From Callorhinchus milii (lineage: Eukaryota), in the NCBI RefSeq assembly GCF_018977255.1, contig NW_024704752.1:744001-808000 (forward strand): a stretch of 64,000 bases of DNA, in the 5' to 3' direction. This document shows, piece by piece, positions 1 through 9,372 of this stretch. The position numbers were made by a program, and so were the translations under genes. The notes under the pieces were generated by a model. It saw nothing but the letters and a program-made list of their open reading frames with translations, made no database searches and had not been told where the DNA came from. How positions within the stretch are numbered: position 1 is the first letter of the stretch; every line of letters starts with the position of its first letter.

Positions 1-456
1 CTCCTTACCTCTGTTCAGTGCCTGATATGTACTCTCTGGTTAACTATATCACACCCATTTCCCATGAGAAACACAGAATATTACAGAGAGATTATCATTC
101 TGGAATGTGACCTGGGCTCTGTGAGCGCCTTTTATTCTATGGCGGGATATATTGCTTTCCTGGCCGGAGTGAGCTTTGTGCTGGCGTTTCTAGCTCGGAA
201 ATTACCTGATAACTTTAATGAGGCTCAATGTATAACCTTTAGCATGCTCATCTTTTGTGCTGTTTGGATCACTTTTATACCAGTTTACATCAGCTCTCCT
301 GGGAAATACACCGTTGCTGTCGAAGTCTTTGCTATTTTAGCCTCGAGTTTTGGGTTATTGTTTTGTATTTTTGTTCCTAAATGTTACATTATTTTGATAA
401 AACCTGAAATGAATACTAAAAAACACTTGATGGGCAAAGTACCTGTAAATAAATAA
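1..456 (+). CDS. V2R/OlfC (CaSR-like class C GPCR) gene 0, 3' part of exon 6 (TM4-TM7 and C-tail), truncated by window start
   Basis: Translation contains [46 protein letters not shown]; stop TAA at 454-456; near-identical to exon 6 of downstream genes. Confidence 0.93.
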   Translation, partial: LLTSVQCLICTLWLTISHPFPMRNTEYYREIIILECDLGSVSAFYSMAGYIAFLAGVSFVLAFLARKLPDNFNEAQCITFSMLIFCAVWITFIPVYISSPGKYTVAVEVFAILASSFGLLFCIFVPKCYIILIKPEMNTKKHLMGKVPVNK

Positions 457-600
457 GCACTGCGCATTACAGGTATATGATCGTGTGCAGCAAAATGTAA
501 ACATATAATGTCTTCATTAAAGTCAAAATGAAAATAACCATGTAAATTGTTTCATATATATACACTCGTATACGGTATTGTTCATGGTAGTTGAAGTTTT

Positions 601-3600
601 CAGAAGTGTGCGCACGCGAGAAAAAAAAACCTCTGCGCCCCCCCACTGGTCCTGTTGAGTTGGCTGCCCCAGCCTATGGGATAATGTTTCCATCCACCTG
701 ACCGCTCGCTCCCGGTCCCCGCGTGCGCACTATGGCTATGATCCGAACCCCCTCCCTCCCTCCTCCCCTCCTCCCCTCCCTCCCTCCTCCCTCCTCTCTA
801 CCCCCAAACCCTCCCCCCTCTGCATCTTGCCCTATCCCCCTACTCCTCTGGCTCTTTCCCTTCTTTTGAGCACCTCATCCTCTCCCACCGCTCCTTCCTC
901 TCACTTAAAATCCTCCTCCTCTACCGGCCCCCTAAAACCTCTCCCACCTTCATCTCTGACATTTCAACACTCCTCACATCTCTTTGCCTCTGCTCCGATC
1001 GCCTCATCATCCTGGCGACTTTAACCTACACTTCACACCCTCCTGCTCCATCTCCACAGACTTCTCTTCCCTGCTTTCCTCGCTCAACCTCTCCCTCCAC
1101 ATCAACTCCCCCACTCACAGTCACGGCCACCCACTCGACTTGGTGATCACCCGGGGCCTCAGTGTCTCGGATGTCACTATCACCGACAATGGCTGTCTCC
1201 GACCACCACTTTATCTCCTTCAGCACCTCCACCCCCCTCCCCACCTCCACCAGACCCACCACCATCTTCTACCGCCCCTGGAAGAAGTTACCCCCACAAT
1301 CCCTAACCGCTGCCTTGGAGTCCTCTGAACTCCTCTCCCTCTGGCCTTCAACCCTGACTGACCACTCTTCTGCTCTCACCCTCCTCCACAACACCCTCTC
1401 CTCCACACTCGATACTCTTGCCCCCATCACCTTCCGTACTGTCTCCTACTCTCGCTCCTCCCGCTGGTTCACCACCCACCTCCGCTCACTGAAGAGCCAG
1501 GTGCGGGGCCGCTGAACGCACCTGGGTCAAATCTGGCCTAACGGTCCACCGACAAATCTGGCTGGACCTCCTCAAAACCTACCGCTCCACTCTAGCCTCG
1601 GCCAAATCGTCCTTCTACTCCAGGATAATCCTGGAGGCGAAGATCAACCCCAGGCTACTGTTTTCTACCACATCCCGAATCCTCTTCGCCCCCACCACCC
1701 CGGGCAGGTCATCTCCTCCAACCTTCACTGCGAGGAGATGCTGGATTTCCTTGAATCCAAAATCAAGGGAATTCGCTCCGCGGTCACTTCCCCTCCAACA
1801 TCCAACCACCCCCCACCCCCTCCCTCCCACACTCCGACTCCTACCCATCCTCCCCTACACACTTTCGTACCCGTTTCCCCACCCTCTGTCACCAAACTCA
1901 TCCTATCCCTGAAACCCACCACCTGCTCCCTTGACCCCATCCCCACTCCACTCCTTATCTCCCAGCTCCACCTCCTTGCCCCACATATCACAGACATCGT
2001 CAACCTGTCCCTCTCCTCTGGCTCTGTTCCCATTCCCTTAAAAACTGCCACCATCACTCCCACCTTGAAAAAACCCTCCCTTGATGCGTCGCAGCTATCA
2101 AGCTACCGCCCACCTCCAACCTCCCCTTCCTGTCCAAGGTCCTGGAACGAGTTTTGGCCTCCGAGCTGCGCTCTTTCCTCTCCACCCATTCATTATTCGA
2201 ACCCCTTCAGTCGGGTTTCCGTGCTGCCCATAGCACAGAAACTGCCCTGGTCAAGGTCACCAATGACATCCTGACCATCTGTGACCAGGGCTCCCTCTGC
2301 CTCCTCGTCCTCCTCGACCTATCGGCAGCATTCGATACGGTCGACCACGCTATCCTCCTCCACCGCTTGTCCTCCCACCTAAACCTTCAAGGCCCTGTCC
2401 TTGAGTGGTTTAGGTCATACCTCTCCCACCGTCTTCACTTTGTCTCCACAAATGGTTTTTCCTCCACCCCCCGCACTGTCTCGTGCGGTGTCCCTCAAGG
2501 CTCTGTCCTTGGTCCTTTCCTCTTCACCCTCTACATGTTCCCCCTGTGGTGACATCATCCGCAGACATGGGGTTAACTTCCACATGTATGCGTATGACAC
2601 CCAACTCTACCTTTCCTCCTCTACCCTCAACTCCACGACCCCCGATGTCCTGACAGCTGTCTGTCCGACATTGAGTCCTGGACGAGAGACAACTTTCTTC
2701 AGCTCAACGTGCGTAAAACGGAGGCCCTCCTGATTGGGTCACGTGAGCGCCTCCGCACCTCAGGCGCTGACAGCATCAGCATCCAAGGCCGCACTCTCCA
2801 CCTCTCAAAGCCATCAGGAACCTCGGGGTTCTGTTCGACCCTGAGCTGTCCTTTCTCCCTCATATCCGCACTACAACTGGCACCGCCTTCCATCACCTCC
2901 AGAACATCGCCAGACTAACGGCACTACCTCATCCCTCACGCTGCTGACACTCTAGTCCACACCTTTATCACCTCAAGGCTGGACTATGGGAGCTCTCTCC
3001 TCGCCGGCCTTCCCGGCACCTCCCTCCACACTGCAGTCATTCAGAACTCTGCAGCTCATGTACTGTCCCGCACCAGGCTTCGTGACCATATCACTCCCGC
3101 CCTCGCCCTCACCCTCACCCTCGCCCTCGCTCGCCTCCACTGGCTCTCCATCCCCCAGAGGATGGATTTCAAGATCCTCATCCTCACCTACAAGGCCATT
3201 CACGGCCTCGCTCCCTCCTACCTCTCCAACCTACTATCCCCCTACCTACCTGCCCGTACCCTCCATTCCTCTGGCTCCGGTCTGCTCCACATCCCCCGCC
3301 CTATCCGCACTACCATCGGTGGCTGGGCCTTCAGCTTCTCAGCCCCAAGGCTCTGGAACTCTATCCCCCAGTACCTTCGCCGCTTCCTCCCTTTCCTCCT
3401 TCAAGGCCGGTCTCAAGACCTTTCTCTTTGACCGTGCCTTCAGCTCCCCTCTCAACTCTCTACCTCTTCCTCGCCCCCTCCCTTCCCTCCCCTCACCCTG
3501 ACCATTTCCCCCTTGCTCGGGTCCTGACCCAACTCTACAGCACCTTGGGACGTCCTCCCGACGTGAAAGGCGCTCTATAAATGGAATCTTGTTGTTGTTG

Positions 3601-3602
3601 TT
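601..3602 (+). mobile_element. L2-clade LINE, ~3 kb, frameshifted (endonuclease end, RT, 3' UTR, (TTG)n tail)
   Basis: ORF pieces [64 protein letters not shown] (YADD mutated); ends GTGAAAGGCGCTCTATAAATGGAATC(TTG)n; absent from paralogous spacers at ~27300 and ~37260; 5' boundary approximate. Confidence 0.9.
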
Positions 3603-4235
3603 GTGCGATATGCGCACATTGGCGGGATGCTCCTCAATGACAGAGCAAATGTCCACGTGTGCATCACATACCAGTGTGTGTGTGCATTGCATACACCGTG
3701 TTAGACAGCATTGCCTTCCCCGTTTGGTATCCGGAGACCACTCACATATGTTCACACCATTTGGAGACACAATTATATTCCATGTATAGCATCTCCCAAT
3801 TACACCCGAAAAAAGGAAGCAATAGCCACAATGCAATGCATAACAACGCCCCTTGTGGAGTGATGAGATTTTGCAGCTCCATTGTGGGAGTGGGTGGTGG
3901 GGGGTTACCCGGGGTCCCCACCTCACGGTCCCAGTACCTTTATCCACAAGGCAAGTCACGCTCAATCTCTTTGGTGCACATGTGGAAACCCATCACCATG
4001 CTGAACAGTATCCAAACCAAACTGAGATTGGTGTATATCCACCTGCACTGGAAATACTAGAGAAAAGATTGTTGGAATGCAATGAGCGCTCTCTGTCTGG
4101 GGGGAAGCATCCGCTGACCTTGCTTACAGATGCAATTTGGCCAGAGCCAAGGCTTGGGGACACCAGAGTGCACGTTGCGGTAACTGCTGGTTTCTAACCA
4201 GTTAAAACCACATAGCTTGGCATTGGTATCGCTGT
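3602..4235. repeat. Unclassified ~630-bp spacer sequence repeated downstream of exon 6
   Basis: Close copies at ~27408-28045, ~37336-37970, ~58826-59462; diverged partial copy at ~5715-5897. Confidence 0.8.
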
Positions 4236-4419
4236 CTGCCCCATTCAAATTTCTCCACCTTCTACACCCCACACTCCACTACTCCTGTATCAGTCCTTCT
4301 CTCTCACTGCCTTCCTAGCCTTATATCTCTCCTATATCCCATCACTGCCTCCCTCTGCTCCAGGTTGGGCATCCAGATAACAAATCCCGCCACCCCAACT
4401 ACCCCTTTGCCCACTGGAT

Positions 4420-4770
4420 TGGAGCCAGGACAGGGTGGTCAGAGCTGGAAAAGAGGGGGCGGACCCATCACAGAGTGGGGCGGAACTGGCACAGATGGGG
4501 CGGAGCCATGCTAGAGTGGGTGGAGCGGGCTCAGAGGGGCGGAGCCAAGACAGAGAGAGCGGGGCCAGGACAGAGCGGGACGGAGTTGGGACAGAGCGGG
4601 GCGGAGCCTGGACAGAGGGGGCAGAGTCTGGACTGAGGGGCGGAGCCTGGACCGAGGGGGCGGAGCCTGGACCGAGCGGGCGGATCCAGGACAGAGCAGG
4701 GCGGAGCCTGGACAGAGGGGGCGGAGCCTGGATAGATGGGGAGGAGCCTAGACAGAGGGGCGGGGCATGG
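4420..4770. repeat. GC-rich minisatellite, ~20-bp unit (CAGAGGGGGCGGAGCCTGGA)
   Basis: About 15 imperfect tandem units visible. Confidence 0.85.
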
Positions 4771-4819
4771 AGAATTGTAGAAAAACGACAAGTTAATCAG
4801 CGTGATGTCAAACTTAAAC

Positions 4820-5545
4820 AACTGAACCAACGAAAACACCAACAAAACTAACAAAATACTGCAAAAACGCGAACAAAAGCATCATCAAAAAGACTAACAA
4901 AAATATAAACAAAAAACTAACAAAACACCAACAAAAACACCGACAAAACCACCAACAAAAACACTGAAAAAAACACTAACAATAAGCATAATAATCCTTG
5001 CATTGAATCCTTCTTCTTGACATCTCAAAGCCCTTCACAGAATATGGTGTAAAGTAAATTGACTGTATATTTGTGGGTGAACGCGGCAGCCAATTGCGCA
5101 CAACAGCGTCCCACAAACAGTCATGGATTGAAAATGACCAATGTATTATTGTTTTATTTTTTGGAGGGATTATTAAAATGAACGAAAACACTAACATAAA
5201 CACTAACATAAACACTAACTAAAATACTAACATAAACACTGACAAACCACTAACAAAAACACCAACAAAGCTCTAAAAAAATCCTTACAAAATAATAACA
5301 AAAACACGATCAAAAACACTAACAAAAAATAAGCAAAAACATTAACAAAACACTAACAGAAACATTAACGCAAACACCAACAAAAACACCAACAGAAACA
5401 TTAACAAAAACACAAGAACACCAACAAAATCGCCAACAAACACTAAAAAATCATGAATAAAAATACCAATAATAACACCGACAAAAACACGAACAAAAAC
5501 ACGAACAAAAGCACAACGAAACCACCAACAAAAAAAACAACAACG
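4820..5545. repeat. A/C-rich low-complexity tandem repeat (AACAAAAACACC-like) interrupted by a SINE
   Basis: Degenerate ~11-12-bp units on both sides of the SINE fragment at 4988-5175. Confidence 0.75.
4988..5175 (-). mobile_element. Deu-domain SINE, 3' half
   Basis: Reverse complement matches the 3' part of the full SINE at 61992-62310 (TGCGCAATTGGCTGCCGCGTT core, TGCAAGGATTATT tail). Confidence 0.8.
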
Positions 5546-5685
5546 GATAGAGGGATTAAGGGATATGGGGATAAGGGGGACAGATTGAGTTAGGTCAGAA
5601 GATCAGCCAAGATCTTATTGAATGGCGGGGCTGGCGTGAGGGGCCAAATGGTCTACTCCTCTCCTAATTCCTATATCCCTATAAA
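5545..5685 (+). mobile_element. CR1 LINE 3' end fragment
   Basis: AGGGATTAAGGGATATGGGGATAAGG...GGGCCAAATGG.CTACTCCT matches the CR1 3' UTR at 8163-8285. Confidence 0.75.
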
Positions 5686-6028
5686 TGCAAGGATTATTTA
5701 CAAATGGGAATCCCAGCACTAGATTGTTGGAATGGAATGCGCGCTCTCTCCCTGGAGGGAAGCATCCTGCCTACCTAATTCCGGAAAGTATTAAGCGCAG
5801 ATTGGCAAGAGCCAAGGGTTGGAGAGCCCAGAGGGTGCGTTCAGTTACTGCTGGAGTCTAACCAGTTAAAACCACATAGCTCACCATTGGTATTAATGTC
5901 CGGCAAGCTTTCCCGCTACTTGTCCAGTGAGGAGCACCCTATCCGTTAGTGCTTTGGCTGCAGTGTTACCAGGAGCTGAGTGAGATGACTCCCTGCCCCA
6001 GTGACTGGTCTGCTCTTCCAGGTCCTGG

Positions 6029-6310
6029 TTTGTGCTGGCGTTTCTAGCTCGGAAATTACCTGATAACTTTAATGAGGCTCAGTGTATAACCTTTAGCATG
6101 CTCATCTTTTGTGCTGTTTGGGTCACTTTTATACCAGTTTACATCAGCTCTCCTGGGAAATACACCGTTGCTGTCGAAGTCTTTGCTATTTTAGCCTCGA
6201 GTTTTGGGTTATTGTTTTGTATTTTTGTTCCTAAATGTTACATTATTTTGATAAAACCTGAAGTGAATACTAAAAAACACATGATGGGCAAAGTACCTGT
6301 GAATAAATAA
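6029..6310 (+). pseudogene. Orphan V2R exon-6 fragment (end of TM5 to stop)
   Basis: [19 protein letters not shown]...KVPVNK*; homology begins abruptly at 6029; no upstream exons between gene 0 and this point. Confidence 0.85.
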
Positions 6311-6649
6311 GCACTGCACATTTCAGGTGTACATTGAGGGGAACAATAATATAAACACTTGTTATTTCTTCAATAAACATAAAAAGAAAATAACCATGTC
6401 AAATATTTCATATATACACTCTCATATATGGTATTGTTCATGGTTCATGAATATAAATAAGCGCTGCCCATTACAGGTATATAATCGTGAGTAAAATAAC
6501 GAAAACATATCATGTCTTCATTAAATGCAAAAAAGAAAATAATTAAGTTGAATATCACATATATTTAATATTTCATATGTATAATGGGATTATGCTTGTT
6601 AGCATTTTCACATAATCAGTAATAGGATCCTTAATCTGTCACAATTAAT

Positions 6650-8300
6650 GTGCTTTCCAGCTAAAAGTAATGTATTTGAGTCCAAGGTTATTGCTGTGGA
6701 GTGCATAGAATCCAAACTGTTAGCACTAAAAAGTGACAAATCCCCTGGTCCGGATGGCTTGCATCCCAGGGTTTTAAAAGAGGAACTTATGAGATAGTGG
6801 AGGCCTTGTGTCTGATCTTCCAAAATTCCTTGGATTCTGGAGCAGTCCCCATGGATTGGAAGATCGCAAATGTCACACCATATTAAAAAAGGTGGAAAGG
6901 AAAAGATGGGGAACTATAGGCAGTTAGTCTCGCATCAGTGATAGGAAGAATTTTAGAAAATTGATTAAGGATGTGGTGGTGCGGTATTTAGGGGAGCACA
7001 GTATAATTAGGCCAAGTCAATATGGCTTTACAAAAGAGAAGTTATGTTTAACAAATCTCATAGAGTTTTTTGAGGATATTTCCAGTAAACCAGATAAGGG
7101 TGGATCAGTGGATGTGGTCTATTTGGTCTTCCAGAAGGCACTCGATAAGGTTCAGCATAAAAGATAAGGGCCCATGGAATTGGGGGGAGCATATTAACGT
7201 GGATTGGGGAATGGTTAACGGTTAGGAAACAAAGAGTAGGGAAAAATGGGTCCTTTTCAGATTGGCGGGATGTGACTAGTGGAGTACCACAGGATCAGTC
7301 CTTGGGCCTCAGCTATTTACCATCTACATCAACGATCTAGATGAGGACATCGATGTTAATACATCTAAATTCGCAGATAACACAAAACTAGGAGGGAGAG
7401 TAACACAGAGGACGACATAAAAAAATGTAGCGAGACATAGATAGGTTAGATGATTGGGCAGGTAGGTGGCAGATGAAATATAATGTAGGGAAGTGCAAAG
7501 TCATCCACCACGGTACCAAAAACAGTAGAGCGGGTTATTTTTTTGAAGGGGAGAGATTGGAATGTGTTAGCGTCCAGAGGGACTTGGGTGTCCTTGTACA
7601 CCAATCACAGAAAGTTAGTCTGCAGGTGCAGCAGCAATTAGGAAGGCGAACGGTATGTTAGCATTCATTATGAAAGGATTAGAGTATAAGAGTAGGGAAG
7701 TCTTGCTGCAACTATATAGGGCCCTGGTGAGACCACACCTGGAATAATGCATCCAGTTTTGGTCTCCTTATTTAAGGAAGGATGTACTTGCCTTGGAGGG
7801 GGTGCAGCGTAGATTTATTAGGTTAGTGCCAGGGATGAAGGGGATGAGTTACGAGGATAGGCTGACCAATTTGGACCTATATTCTCTGGAATATAGAAGA
7901 ATTAGAGGGGATCTTATAGAAACCTATAAGATCATCAAAGGGCAATGATAGAGTAGATAGTGGGAGATTGTTTCCCCGGTTGGAGAAACTAAAACCAGGG
8001 GTCACAACCTTAAAATCAGAGGCAACCCTTTCGTACTGAGTTGAGGAAGAACTTCTTCACTCAAAGGGCGGTGAATGTATGGAACTCACTACACCAAAGG
8101 GCTGTTAACGCTCAGTCCTTGAACATATTCAAGACTGAGATAGATAGATTTCTTATTGCAAAAGGGATTAAGGGATATGGGGATAAGGCAGGGTCAGGTT
8201 ATTAGCTGGAGTTAGATTAGAAGATCAGCCATGATTGAATGGCGGGGCAGGCTCGAAGGGCCAAATGGCCTACTCCTGCTCCTACATGTTATGTTATGTT
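6650..8300 (+). mobile_element. CR1-clade LINE, 5'-truncated, degenerate RT plus 3' UTR
   Basis: KSPGPDG.HPRVLK, QYGF, CLTNLIEFFE, VDVVYL.FQKA.DKV.H, SKFAD, QRDLGVLV; ends (TATGT)n. Confidence 0.9.
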
Positions 8301-8391
8301 AATGGGCAAAACTATAGTTGTCTATTGTGTACGTTTTGCTGTTTTGTTTGACTATTGTTGGCCAAAGTCTATGGGAGTGATTTCAACACAG

Positions 8392-8950
8392 TCAACAACG
8401 ACCTGCATTTATATAGGGCCCTTCGTGCGGGTTAGTGTCCCAGAGCGCTTGACAGTGGCGGAGTCTCACAATGAGCGAGGGGGAGAGGGAGGGGGGAGGT
8501 GACCGTAAGCACCATCAAAAAGGGAGCTGTTTAGGTGGGATTTGAAGGTTGGTGAGGGAGGGGGCAGGGATGGAAGGAGAAAGTTCCAGAATTTTGGGGC
8601 GCAGTGACCGAAAACACGACCAGCAATGGTGCAACTGAGGGCACAATGGACAAACAGGACCGTAGCCAGCCGAGTGGAGGCAGCGGGTGGTGGAGTGGTG
8701 AGGGGCTGTGGCTAAGAAGGTTGGGTAGGTAGGAAGGTGTGAGGGTTTGAAGGGATTTGGAAATGAGTGAGAGGATCTTGAAATTGATCCATTCGGTGAT
8801 TGGGAGCCAGTGGAGCCTGGCAAAGACTGGGGTGATGGGGGGACGGAGCTTTGTGCAGGTGAATATCCGGGCAGCAGAGTTGTGACTTAATTGGATTTTG
8901 TGTATGGTGGAGCTGAGGGAGAGGCCTGCGAAAAGGGCATTAGATAAGGC
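8392..8950 (-). mobile_element. L2 LINE 3' fragment
   Basis: CAACAAC..CTGCATTTATATAG tail signature; LHWLP-region similarity on the minus strand. Confidence 0.7.
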
Positions 8951-9168
8951 AAAGAGAGACTTAATTCACATTAATTAGTTGGTTGCTCATGTCACGTATT
9001 TTATTTAACAAGAGTATTGCTTATCATAACGGTCTACGGTGCTGTTAGTTGGTGCCAAACAAGACGATAGCCACACATTAGGGACTTCACCGTATTAAAG
9101 GCAGAAGAGTGCAGGTGGAATATGTTCGAAAGCCCCAATCATGGCTACAGGAGCTGAGGGATTAGTTA

Positions 9169-9290
9169 CTGTTTCCATACTCAGGTCCGTTATTGCCCCT
9201 GGGATTCTCACAATGTATTTACACTTTATATTTGGGATCAGAAAGGGAACTAATCCCACAAGTGATTACTGTTTGATACACTATATATAC
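9169..9290 (+). promoter_or_regulatory. Putative V2R proximal promoter (O/E-like site GCCCCTGGGA at 9195-9204, TATATATA at 9282-9289)
   Basis: Motif order CTGTTTCCAT...CTGGGATT.TCAC.ATGTA...CCACAA...CTATATATA is conserved upstream of the ATG of all six 5'-complete genes, including the diverged type II genes. Confidence 0.5.
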
Positions 9291-9372
9291 AAACAGATGC
9301 AGCGACACATACAATATACAGCACAGTTTCATGATGACAAGGGATCAGCAGCGGTTACCGAGAAGCTCTGTG

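Noticed and set aside
984-3501. Active LINE ORF2 or Pro/Ser-rich host proteins
   Set aside because: Multiple frameshifts and stops and YADD mutated to YAYD; the other ORFs are alternate frames of C-rich L2 DNA
4420-4770. CRISPR-like array or the 138-aa ORF in the GC repeat
   Set aside because: Contiguous tandem units without unique spacers in eukaryotic DNA; the ORF is a repeat translation
6010-6031. Orphan exon-6 fragment as an alternative terminal exon spliced from the cryptic GGA|GTGAGC donor in gene 0
   Set aside because: Use of the CAG acceptor at 6019-6021 with that donor is out of frame; no transcript evidence
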